Virus record (IMG/VR): IMGVR_UViG_3300009285_000012
Reading direction: 5' to 3' (one strand)
DNA: 49,804 nt
DNA from: a virus
Shown here: piece after piece, positions 40,939-49,175 of the stretch
Numbering within the stretch: the first letter of the stretch is position 1
Layout: each line of letters begins with the position of its first letter
The notes under the pieces: generated by a model
Told to the model about the DNA's origin: nothing
Seen by the model: only the letters and a program-made list of their open reading frames with translations
The model's database searches: none
Position numbers and translations under genes: made by a program

Positions 40939-43476
40939 TTACACAATGGTAGGAAGCCATCTGTCGGTACATTCATAATACTTTTGTTCAAGATATTCAG
41001 GTTCAAATGAATTAATATCTAAAGAACATGAGGATCTGTTTGCCTTCTTTATAGTTTTTCCATCTACAGTCTCCCATCCCTCTTCTTTATTTAAACACAC
41101 GCCCATTGTACAATCTACTGGGATTACAAAACGATGTCCGTAATGGGTATAAAGTGGAGTTTCAAGACTCCTTCGGATGTCAGTGAGTACTCGACTGTGA
41201 TCTGCCCATGAGACAGGAGTTGTTGGATGCAGTGGGGTGGGGATTTGGAATCCGATTTGATCGTGCACTTGAATGCAGAGTTTAACGAAGCGGAAGTGAT
41301 CATCTCGGTTGTAGTAGACAAAGTTGAGTCCTCGCTCATCGATGATATCTCCAACTGTTCCCTGAGGGATGCAGGCATAGGCATCCTTGTAAAGCTGGTC
41401 GTCAATTTTGTCTGTGAATACAGTCTTTCGATCCAACAAGTTGGTGATTGTCCTGTTCTTATTGATGCACATTTTGACATATGAGTGGAATCCATCTCTA
41501 ACTCCTGGGTATGCTTTGTGATAGATGTCGACAATGACTTTGCCGTCTCTGTCGGTGATTTCATTATATAGGGAGAAGGTCTTATAGCCAAGGTCATAGT
41601 TAAGGCCATGATTAGCTTTCTTGCCCCAATCTCGCCAGGTCTTTTTCCCGTCGCCTATGGGAGCTTTAACTATCTTGGGATTGAAATCCTCTGGGAGTTT
41701 ACCTTGATAGAAGATGTTAGCCATGATACGTGCGGTGAGTCCATGGATATCCATCTTCATCTCAAATGCGTTGATCATCTCAGTAATGCGTCCTACATAG
41801 GCGACTATCCTATTCTCAGCCTGACTTAAGTCCATTCCGTAGAACACGTGGAAGGGGTCTGCCAAGAAGTGTGTAAGAACCCGATGGGGTTGATTCTGAA
41901 GATTGTTACCTGTCCCGAATATATTTTCGCTGCTTGAAGCCCTTGAGAATCGAGTACCGACAGGGTTGTATGAACATCGCATTCTTCCATCATTGTCAAC
42001 TTTAGCAGTGTCGAGAAAAGTGGCTCGCTCCTTACTAAGGCCGCGTATTTTAAGGATAAGCGAGGCCTCTGGGTAACCTTTGCGGGCAATTCGTTTGAGT
42101 GCCTTTTCATCAGTTGTGTCTCCCCCCTCCCTATTTTTATACGCGGGAAGGCGTTTGGTCTTGTAGAAGTAAGTGGCAACTTGTTTCGGAGAGTTGGGAT
42201 TAAGATCAAAGCCACACTTCTGATGCAATTCTTTGAGAGTGTCTTCAATCTCATGGCCCAACTCATCTGAGGCCTGTTGCATGGAACCAGTGTTGATACG
42301 AATTCCGTTTTCCATGATGTAGACGTAGGGAAGGATAGACTTTCTCTTCCTCTCATAAGCATAGTAGTTGTGCTGCTTAAATAGGGATTCCATCTGCTTG
42401 GGGTAGGCATCGCTACAGACCACTGAGTCTAGAGCATTATATCTCCACCCACCATCCCAGCTCCCTATACCTTTAAGCCAATACTTACCATCATCCTTAT
42501 AATAAGGTATATCAGTATAAAGAGAGCAAATGAAATGCAGTCCAACAGGATAGTCTGGAAGTAAGGTCTTTTGCGCAACCATCGTATCATGGATGTTAGT
42601 AGTTTTGATTCCATATTTTCGAAGCATGTAGTGGCAATCGAATACCAGGTTCTGTCCCAGGATTGGGATTTCAGGATCTTCGAGGATCTTAGCAATTTCA
42701 ACCAGGATGGCGGCCTCCTGAGGGAGGGTGAAGTAGTCTCCACCTTCTCCTACGAAGGGGATACTGATTACTTCGGTAGGAGAGTAAGCAAAGGAGATGC
42801 AAGTCATCTCACCGTTGAAAACGTCTACCTCGATATCATAGGCAATGGGATTACCTAACTTGCCGTACAACTTACAGATGTTCAAGAAATTGAGGGATTG
42901 AGAGTAAGTGGGCCGGATGACTATGTGGCGATCTAGAGGATTCCATTTACCCTCAACTACTTTCCTAGCTCTGAGGAGATCATATATGAGGAGACGCTTA
43001 TTAGTGTACTGGTTCTTTGGAGGGATGATCGTACTTGGATGGATAGAAGGGATTAGTTTCTTCCCACTAACCAGAGTAGGACTAAGCACAGAACCCCTCC
43101 AACGAGTGACCCCAGTGCGATCGGCCAGAGCAAACAGTGCAGTGTTGCCGAGAGCGATGATAACTTTTCCTTCAAGCTCATTGATTTCTTTAGCAAGTTC
43201 ATTTATATACTCCTGGCCTAAGGTTGAGATTACAGGACCTTTCCTGGGGTTGAACTCAATATAGGCCCCTAGGACTCTGTCTGCATCTTTTATGACATTG
43301 GTATAGTACACATCCGCTCTGTTGATCCCTGCGATACGGAGGTTATCTTCAAACTCCATACCTGCAGGGCCACAGAATGGGCGTCCCTTGATTATTTCAG
43401 TTCTGCCTGGTTGCTCACCTACCACAATGTAGGGAGCATCTTTTCTACCACATGGCGCCACGTAGGTTGATCTCAT
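40939..43476 (-). CDS. family A DNA polymerase with N-terminal family-4 UDG-like domain and 3'-5' exonuclease domain
   Basis: UDG motifs GEQPG and HPS. Exo motifs IAYDIEVD, NLVFDCHY and YNALDS. Pol motifs A DLSQAENRIVAY, B KKANHGLNYDLGY and C IQVHDQ. Confidence 0.9.
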   Translation of the reverse strand: MRSTYVAPCGRKDAPYIVVGEQPGRTEIIKGRPFCGPAGMEFEDNLRIAGINRADVYYTNVIKDADRVLGAYIEFNPRKGPVISTLGQEYINELAKEINELEGKVIIALGNTALFALADRTGVTRWRGSVLSPTLVSGKKLIPSIHPSTIIPPKNQYTNKRLLIYDLLRARKVVEGKWNPLDRHIVIRPTYSQSLNFLNICKLYGKLGNPIAYDIEVDVFNGEMTCISFAYSPTEVISIPFVGEGGDYFTLPQEAAILVEIAKILEDPEIPILGQNLVFDCHYMLRKYGIKTTNIHDTMVAQKTLLPDYPVGLHFICSLYTDIPYYKDDGKYWLKGIGSWDGGWRYNALDSVVCSDAYPKQMESLFKQHNYYAYERKRKSILPYVYIMENGIRINTGSMQQASDELGHEIEDTLKELHQKCGFDLNPNSPKQVATYFYKTKRLPAYKNREGGDTTDEKALKRIARKGYPEASLILKIRGLSKERATFLDTAKVDNDGRMRCSYNPVGTRFSRASSSENIFGTGNNLQNQPHRVLTHFLADPFHVFYGMDLSQAENRIVAYVGRITEMINAFEMKMDIHGLTARIMANIFYQGKLPEDFNPKIVKAPIGDGKKTWRDWGKKANHGLNYDLGYKTFSLYNEITDRDGKVIVDIYHKAYPGVRDGFHSYVKMCINKNRTITNLLDRKTVFTDKIDDQLYKDAYACIPQGTVGDIIDERGLNFVYYNRDDHFRFVKLCIQVHDQIGFQIPTPLHPTTPVSWADHSRVLTDIRRSLETPLYTHYGHRFVIPVDCTMGVCLNKEEGWETVDGKTIKKANRSSCSLDINSFEPEYLEQKYYECTDRWLPTIV

Positions 43477-43637
43477 CTTTTCTTAACCTCTTTCCATTCA
43501 TATTTAGAATCAGTTCCATGTCCATAAGATCCAACGCATCGTGTCTTATTATACTTATGAGATTCTACAGTATGCTCTGCCATAAACATTCTGACACGTT
43601 TCTTACATATCGGACATGTAGTCATTTTGATCCACAT
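43473..43637 (-). CDS. small CxxC protein (54 aa), not in the ORF track
   Basis: AGGAG (inside the motif) lies 7 nt before ATG 43637. ATGA overlap with the PolA start. My translation is MWIKMTTCPICKKRVRMFMAEHTVESHKYNKTRCVGSYGHGTDSKYEWKEVKKR. Confidence 0.5.
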   Translation of the reverse strand: MWIKMTTCPICKKRVRMFMAEHTVESHKYNKTRCVGSYGHGTDSKYEWKEVKKR

Positions 43638-43645
43638 AAAATTAC

Positions 43646-43672
43646 TCCTATGTTAATTAATGACACGTAGCA
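43646..43672. promoter_or_regulatory. Palindromic-motif copy
   Basis: TCCTATGTTAATTAATGACACGTAGCA. 8 nt upstream of ATG 43637 (minus). Confidence 0.8.
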
Positions 43673-43676
43673 GGCC

Positions 43677-43934
43677 CTAATCGCTGAGGCGATCACTCAG
43701 CATCTGAGCATAATGGGCAATCTTCATCAAGTCCAGTTGGTCTTGGTCAGGCCTGGAATTACGCCCGAAACGATTAGCGTATTTTCGGATCTGAGTGATG
43801 AAGTCCTGGGGGGTGAACTCTGTACATTGATCCTGGCCCTTGTCTCCATATTGAGGAACAGTGTAAGATTCAATATGTATCAAGACATTATTAGAGAATT
43901 TTACCCATTCTCTGGCACGTATAGATATAGTCAT
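43677..43934 (-). CDS. hypothetical protein (85 aa)
   Basis: Its 3' end carries the ATCGCCTCAGCGATTAG hairpin element. Confidence 0.5.
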   Translation of the reverse strand: MTISIRAREWVKFSNNVLIHIESYTVPQYGDKGQDQCTEFTPQDFITQIRKYANRFGRNSRPDQDQLDLMKIAHYAQMLSDRLSD

Positions 43935-44533
43935 TACATTATCCCCCTACTTCGAAGTTCAAAGAAACATTCCATAGTACCTCGGACATCAACCAGGGCA
44001 TCATGAGCCCCTTCGAAGGGCTTGTTGAAGAGGATCTTGTAGAGTTCTTCCAGTTTGGGAAACTTATTCCCTTTCTTGCCGGAGGGAAATGGAAGATGGC
44101 AGAACTCAATAGTAGATTTCATAGTGCAATAGTATGGCATTTCCAAAATGTCTGCCATATCTATCTCTGCACTCTCCCCTACCTGGGCCGCGAGGATTCG
44201 CATCAGGCGGATGTCAAAATTGAAGTTATGACAACAGAGGGCCTCAGCATCTTCGGTGAGGGAGAAGAAAGCATTGAAGGCATCTTTGGGTTCTATGCCC
44301 TTAGAGTTAGCTTTTTCACTGGTGATACCGTGAGCAGCCAAGGCCTTAGGATGGATTGGTTTGTCTCCAATTTTGATTAGAGTTTGGTAAGCTTCTAATT
44401 CCTCACCTTCAGAGGTTGCCAGAATACAGCCCAGTTGGAGAACTTTAGGCTGAGAGGGATCGGCAGAGCGGGCCTTAAAATTAGGGAGGCCAGTTGTCTC
44501 AGTGTCGAAAAAGAGGATAGTGTTAGTTGACAT
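43934..44533 (-). CDS. DnaQ-like (DEDDh) 3'-5' exonuclease
   Basis: Exo I FFDTETTGL, Exo II CCHNFNFD, Exo III HDALVD. Start ATG 44533 with GGAG SD. Confidence 0.85.
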   Translation of the reverse strand: MSTNTILFFDTETTGLPNFKARSADPSQPKVLQLGCILATSEGEELEAYQTLIKIGDKPIHPKALAAHGITSEKANSKGIEPKDAFNAFFSLTEDAEALCCHNFNFDIRLMRILAAQVGESAEIDMADILEMPYYCTMKSTIEFCHLPFPSGKKGNKFPKLEELYKILFNKPFEGAHDALVDVRGTMECFFELRSRGIM

Positions 44534-45875
44534 TTTGAGTCTCCAGGTAAGATTTAAGTTGAACAATGTAGCCTTCTTTGAATTCACGAGTAAGATCATT
44601 ACCGAATGAGGATACTTGACAGGTGTGAGAGGCCATTAGACTAACTCCAGAGCCAAGGAAAGGGATGTAAGCTTGTTGGCCAGGTCTGCAGAAAGTACTG
44701 AAGAGTTCCACCATCAGAGGGAGGGGGCGCTGAGTTGGGTGAATCTTCTGGGATGGGGGCATAGGAGTGAATTCAAATACGTTGGCCCGCCCTGCCTTGT
44801 TGAACTTAGGCTGGCCCTTACGGCAATAGAAGAAAGGCTCATAGCAGTTGGCGAATTGGGATTCGGGTTGCATCGTCTGGCCATTAGGTTTGAGCCACAT
44901 TCCGGGAAGTGTGTTCATTTTGAATCCAGTCCCCTTGAGCCACTCACTGATGGGGAAGAACCAGGGGTCCATAGCGAACCAGCAGACTAACCAAGAGTCC
45001 GGGCGGAGGATACGATAGCATTCTGAGAAAAGCTTTACCATAAACTCTGCATACTCTTTTACTTCGATCTCATTATAGCCTAGCATTACAGAGTCAGCCT
45101 TCTTGGAGTGCAGGTCCATTGCATAAGGTGGGTCTATTTCAATGAAGTCCATAGTGTTGTTGGGCATCTGGGAGAGGGTCTTAAAGCAGTCCCCCACTAT
45201 GTAAGCATCATAGAGGCGCTTGAAGATTTTGTTAGTAGTGCCCATTTCCTTGGTAAACTGTTCTGACTTTACGGAGTTGGTTAGTTGGCGACCAATGGAG
45301 TTAAGCATCTTCAGTGCATCGGACTTGTTCTTGCACTTGTCCAAGCCGATCTCTGGGAATTGTTCCATAGCTGATGCAAGCTTCAGATCTTTGGAGAGAT
45401 TAGCTGGGGTCTCTTGCAAGAGGCGAGCCGTATCAGCTTGGGACCATCCTAAGGCGTCAGGAGCTTTAGAGTGCTTAGGCCCATGGATTTCAATCTGCAG
45501 ATCATTTATCTGCTTTTTGAGGGAAATCTCCTCGACATAACTCATTTCCTTTCTATCGAGATTCTCTGCCAGCTCTATGGATCGATAGTCAAGTTCCGTA
45601 AGTGGTTGGTCATATACCTTGGCCGGCACAGTCATCCAGCCCATCTCAGTGATAGCAGCCATGCGACGGCCCCCAGCTAGGAGGGTGTACTTCTTGTCAC
45701 CTTTCTGATTGATCTTGAGAGACTCTGTTAGACCTACAGCAATTGGAGTGATGAGGCCATTCTTAGTGATAGAGTATTTGAATTGCTTCAAGTCTCCATA
45801 ATCCTTACGGAATCTCTCTCCTATGTCAATATCTGAGAGGAGGATGTGAAGGAGTTGGGATGTGTCTACTTTCAT
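44523..45875 (-). CDS. ParB-N domain + HTH + N6/N4 DNA methyltransferase fusion
   Basis: ParB box LLAGGRRMAAI. ParB-type HTH GWSQADTARLLQETPANLSKDLKLA. MTase motif IV IEIDPPY followed by motif I PFLGSG (beta-class order). Confidence 0.85.
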   Translation of the reverse strand: MKVDTSQLLHILLSDIDIGERFRKDYGDLKQFKYSITKNGLITPIAVGLTESLKINQKGDKKYTLLAGGRRMAAITEMGWMTVPAKVYDQPLTELDYRSIELAENLDRKEMSYVEEISLKKQINDLQIEIHGPKHSKAPDALGWSQADTARLLQETPANLSKDLKLASAMEQFPEIGLDKCKNKSDALKMLNSIGRQLTNSVKSEQFTKEMGTTNKIFKRLYDAYIVGDCFKTLSQMPNNTMDFIEIDPPYAMDLHSKKADSVMLGYNEIEVKEYAEFMVKLFSECYRILRPDSWLVCWFAMDPWFFPISEWLKGTGFKMNTLPGMWLKPNGQTMQPESQFANCYEPFFYCRKGQPKFNKAGRANVFEFTPMPPSQKIHPTQRPLPLMVELFSTFCRPGQQAYIPFLGSGVSLMASHTCQVSSFGNDLTREFKEGYIVQLKSYLETQNVN

Positions 45876-46126
45876 AAAATCATTCCTTTGATTAGTTCTG
45901 CGGCTAGAGCCGCTTTTTGCTCAGCCGTGAGGGACTGGGCATGTTTGAAAAGGTCTTGTTGCTTGAGGTTCTTAGGGTTAGCCTTCCTTGCCACTTTGGC
46001 AGGGGTAGATTTTTGACGTGGTAGAGGTTTGAGTCTCCTCTGAGCCCTAATAGCACTGAGGTGCTGATAGAGCTGGGGCCTCGTCATTTGGGTTATCGAT
46101 CTGTTTAGGGAGTAGATTGTTGCCAT
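45872..46126 (-). CDS. small basic protein (start uncertain)
   Basis: Arg/Lys-rich. Overlaps 46047..46289. An alternative start is ATG 46087. Confidence 0.4.
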   Translation of the reverse strand: MATIYSLNRSITQMTRPQLYQHLSAIRAQRRLKPLPRQKSTPAKVARKANPKNLKQQDLFKHAQSLTAEQKAALAAELIKGMIL

Positions 46127-46289
46127 CTTCGAGCTTTCTCCAGAGTTTAGGTTCAGTCCTTAGTGCTTCCTCAGCACAAGACTTGTGGAATTTACGTTTG
46201 AAGTTGGGGTCGAAGTTGTTAATCAGAGTGGTATAGACCCTGTTCTGATATAGCTTCTTTCCACACTCATAACATAGGACTTGTGGCAT
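46047..46289 (-). CDS. zinc-ribbon-like protein (80 aa)
   Basis: CYEC...H..C pattern. Confidence 0.5.
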   Translation of the reverse strand: MPQVLCYECGKKLYQNRVYTTLINNFDPNFKRKFHKSCAEEALRTEPKLWRKLEDGNNLLPKQIDNPNDEAPALSAPQCY

Positions 46290-46558
46290 TATAGTCTCCT
46301 TGAAACTTCCATTAAGATTCCATCTCTAAGACCTTTATTACCACAGTTGTGAGTACTGGTAAAGATATCTTCAGAGAGATCAAGATATATAGAAATATTG
46401 TAAATATCTACTCTATTTGCAGGAGTGTTATCAACACCAGCACCCATTTGAATCCTAAGGAAATTATCTATAATTCCTTTAGGATTTTTAGCATTTCCTG
46501 TAACTTCGAATGCTCCATCTTTAATGTTGTAAGTTACAGTAACTTCTATGTCATGCAT
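46289..46558 (-). CDS. hypothetical protein (89 aa), AT-rich
   Basis: ATG 46558 with GGAG SD, 1 nt after the upstream stop. Confidence 0.5.
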   Translation of the reverse strand: MHDIEVTVTYNIKDGAFEVTGNAKNPKGIIDNFLRIQMGAGVDNTPANRVDIYNISIYLDLSEDIFTSTHNCGNKGLRDGILMEVSRRL

Positions 46559-46559
46559 A

Positions 46560-46808
46560 TTATGTCTCCGAAATTGCTTTATGAGTGTAAGGTTGACCAG
46601 CTTCAGCCAATTGTACCACGTTGATGTGGCCACTAATGATGGCTCCGATGGCATTAAATCCTCCCTTGGCATGTAAGGCGATGATGCCGTCTACGATGGC
46701 TTGAAAGAGGAGGATCTTAGTCCCATGAGGGAGAATCTGTTGTAACTTGAGTTGCTGATCCTCCCTCAAGTCGACTATTAGTCTGGGGCGGTAGTCTGAG
46801 ATGTTCAT
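46560..46808 (-). CDS. ribbon-helix-helix-like DNA-binding protein (82 aa)
   Basis: RPRLIVDLREDQQLKLQQILPHGTKILLFQAIVDGIIAL fits a strand-helix-turn-helix RHH pattern. ATG 46808 lies 1 nt after the ThyX stop. Confidence 0.45.
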   Translation of the reverse strand: MNISDYRPRLIVDLREDQQLKLQQILPHGTKILLFQAIVDGIIALHAKGGFNAIGAIISGHINVVQLAEAGQPYTHKAISET

Positions 46809-46809
46809 G

Positions 46810-47481
46810 CTAGGCTCCATCCGTAGTAGGAGAGATGGGGAGGAGGCCAGCCTCAATGATAGCCTCAGTTTCGTCGATCAGATCTTCAAAGACTGAAGGG
46901 GCGTGACCCATGAGAATCCTCCAGATGTCCAGAGCAATAGGGCGAATTTGAGGATGGGCAGCCTTGCTGTGGCGCAAGGAGATAAAGTGGCGAAACTCTC
47001 GGAAGTTAGCAGTCATCACTAACTCAGTCTTCAGACAGGTGGGAAGAACTGAACGGGCAATCTGAGGAGAGGCCCCTGCGTCTAACATATCAAGATACTC
47101 AAGTTCAGCATATCTGCAACTATCTTCCCAGAACTCTAAAACTTTATCATCATCTATGGGAGGTTGGATAACACTGATCTCATTACCCATCTTGTAAGTA
47201 CCATAGTTACAGTACCGGGTGGACTCCTGAGCATAAGAGGCTAGACGATGGCGAACTATTTCGTGAGATATACCACGGTCACAGACTATGCGAAACGATG
47301 CACAAGCATGTTCCAGCATAGCATGATGGCCAGAGGTACGGAGCTTCTTGCAGAAGTTTCTGGCACTGGTTTTAGTAATCTTGTCCTCCGATTTGTAGCA
47401 TGTCCTACCTGCAGCTTCAATGTGAATTTCAGGGTCAGGGGTGATCCAGAGGAGGGTGACGGATGGGGATACGATTTTCAT
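46810..47481 (-). CDS. thyX: flavin-dependent thymidylate synthase ThyX
   Basis: ThyX signature RHRLASYAQESTR (RHRxxSxxxxSxR). 223 aa. Confidence 0.9.
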   Translation of the reverse strand: MKIVSPSVTLLWITPDPEIHIEAAGRTCYKSEDKITKTSARNFCKKLRTSGHHAMLEHACASFRIVCDRGISHEIVRHRLASYAQESTRYCNYGTYKMGNEISVIQPPIDDDKVLEFWEDSCRYAELEYLDMLDAGASPQIARSVLPTCLKTELVMTANFREFRHFISLRHSKAAHPQIRPIALDIWRILMGHAPSVFEDLIDETEAIIEAGLLPISPTTDGA

Positions 47482-47667
47482 TTAAGATCTCCTAATTGTT
47501 GAGAAGAGTTGCCTCTTGTATTCCGCATCCACAGAGGCTAGCCACTGAGGAGGGGAGTCCAGTTTCTCTCTACATGAGATGCAGGCAACTTTACGCTTGT
47601 ATACTTCTACGTGCATCATAGGGAACTGTTTGTGACAAACTTGGCAGAAATCCATTTGCATAGGCAT
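47482..47667 (-). CDS. zinc-ribbon mini-protein (61 aa)
   Basis: CQVC...CISC. Confidence 0.5.
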   Translation of the reverse strand: MPMQMDFCQVCHKQFPMMHVEVYKRKVACISCREKLDSPPQWLASVDAEYKRQLFSTIRRS

Positions 47668-47669
47668 GG

Positions 47670-47852
47670 CTAGACTCCTAGAATTGTTTCAGGAATTTCT
47701 GCCTGGCAGCAATCACAAGATACATGAGAGTCCTTGGTTATGTCACTGTTGATGAGGAGAGTAGGGTCTTTGATCAGCTCCTTTACTGCACAGGAAAAGC
47801 AAAGATCCTTAGAGAGGGTCTTGTAATAGATAGTTATAGATACTTCAAACAT
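47670..47852 (-). CDS. Cys-containing mini-protein (60 aa)
   Basis: CFSC...CDCC. Confidence 0.45.
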   Translation of the reverse strand: MFEVSITIYYKTLSKDLCFSCAVKELIKDPTLLINSDITKDSHVSCDCCQAEIPETILGV

Positions 47853-47861
47853 AGGGACTCC

Positions 47862-48092
47862 TTAGCAGAATTCTCCAGATTGCATTTTCCTCTCCATATC
47901 TAGGCCAGGGTGGTTACGATCTACACACCTGTAACACAGAGGGGGATGAGGAGTTCCGTTGGTCAGTTGGACACCACAATCTGGGCAGTGATATTTGTCA
48001 ATTGGGTGACCTTTCATCTTTTCAGGATGCTCGGAACACCTGGCCGGTTTTAGCATGAAGACACTATCTCGACATCGGGGGCAGATTTCCAT
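47862..48092 (-). CDS. zinc-ribbon mini-protein (76 aa)
   Basis: CPRC...C..H...CPDC...CYRC. Confidence 0.5.
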   Translation of the reverse strand: MEICPRCRDSVFMLKPARCSEHPEKMKGHPIDKYHCPDCGVQLTNGTPHPPLCYRCVDRNHPGLDMERKMQSGEFC

Positions 48093-48282
48093 CTTCCTTC
48101 TCCTGCTTTATGAGTACGACCTCTGACCTCAGACAACCGTCCAGCTTTGCTCCGCTATCGGGGAGTTTGTTCTTCATAACAGAGCACCATTCCCAATCCT
48201 TGAACTTACCGAAACCTGGCCCTTTATAGAAACAATCCTTGCATCGTAAGCCATCAGGAACTTCAATCGCTATCATTGCCAT
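48064..48282 (-). CDS. Cys-containing mini-protein (72 aa)
   Basis: CKDC...C...C. Confidence 0.45.
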   Translation of the reverse strand: MAMIAIEVPDGLRCKDCFYKGPGFGKFKDWEWCSVMKNKLPDSGAKLDGCLRSEVVLIKQEKEDGNLPPMSR

Positions 48283-48308
48283 TTGATTACTCCTCTCGTT
48301 TGATAACT

Positions 48309-48554
48309 TTATAATCCAGCCGCAATGCGGACCTTACCAGTACAGGATGGACATAACAACCATTGATGACAAGCTATATGGTTCTGTTGGCTACTTAATG
48401 TTAAAGCGCTCCAGCCATTATTTAGACAATCAATGTCAATGGTTCCCTCGAATTCCTCCTTATTTCTACAATTACGACAAGTTAACTGGGTATAACTCTC
48501 CTTTTCTACTTTAGTAATAACTTTTTCTTTGGTAAAATGATAAATAGCCGGCAT
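48309..48554 (-). CDS. zinc-ribbon mini-protein (81 aa)
   Basis: CRNC...CPSC. Confidence 0.5.
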   Translation of the reverse strand: MPAIYHFTKEKVITKVEKESYTQLTCRNCRNKEEFEGTIDIDCLNNGWSALTLSSQQNHIACHQWLLCPSCTGKVRIAAGL

Positions 48555-48558
48555 TTGA

Positions 48559-48774
48559 CTACTCCTTTCGTTTAAGTTCGAAATGGAATACCATATCCTT
48601 ATCGACTCGGAGGGTCATAATCAAACTGCCTGTATTATCTATTTCTTCCGATGGGATCGATACTTTTCCTCCTAATCTACGGAGAAAAACCAGCAATAGC
48701 TGATCCTTCAGATTGTCCATAACAGCAGCATGAAGAGGTGATATGCTCCGAGCAGCGTCAATTCCTTCTCCCAT
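48559..48774 (-). CDS. hypothetical protein (71 aa)
   Basis: 1-nt overlap with the upstream gene. Confidence 0.5.
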   Translation of the reverse strand: MGEGIDAARSISPLHAAVMDNLKDQLLLVFLRRLGGKVSIPSEEIDNTGSLIMTLRVDKDMVFHFELKRKE

Positions 48775-49175
48775 TATTTAAACCTCATTTGTCGGTCATC
48801 TCGATAAAAGGAATGATTCCCGATTGTTTTGACGAAGGTCATTGCAGAAGCCCATTTAGGTCTGACTATGTTAGGATTGAAGTAATGGTCTATTTCAGCC
48901 ATATAGTAGCCATCACTCTGATCATCACTAATTTCTTCTGCTATTAAGAGACATTTTCTAAATGTTGCTATGTCTACTTTATGCTTTAAAGGGTTGATAG
49001 ATAAAGTCCAGGAGAACTGTGATGGTGCTAAGACTACTTGCTTAACAGATTGTTTTCTACTTCTGGCCCTATTAAGAACTACATGACATACAGCTCTTTG
49101 GCCCTCATCTGATTCCCCTCTTGCTTCGTGATATACGTTGAGGGCTAACCAGTATAGATCTTCTACATTGTTCAT
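48774..49175 (-). CDS. SleB/CwlJ-type cell wall hydrolase (endolysin candidate)
   Basis: LALNVYHEARGESDEGQRAVCHVVLNR...PSQFSW is typical of the Hydrolase_2 family. ATG 49175 with GGAG SD. Confidence 0.8.
   Translation of the reverse strand: MNNVEDLYWLALNVYHEARGESDEGQRAVCHVVLNRARSRKQSVKQVVLAPSQFSWTLSINPLKHKVDIATFRKCLLIAEEISDDQSDGYYMAEIDHYFNPNIVRPKWASAMTFVKTIGNHSFYRDDRQMRFK

Noticed and set aside
41124-42410. Alternative-frame and antisense ORFs inside the DNA polymerase gene (41124..41609, 41227..41484, 41608..41829, 41826..42410). Similar nested ORFs occur in other long genes, for example 2036..2530, 16138..16611, 17902..18252, 22553..23206, 25803..26246 and 34133..34465.
   Set aside because: They are fully contained in well-supported motif-bearing CDSs and lack SDs. 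They are typical shadow ORFs.
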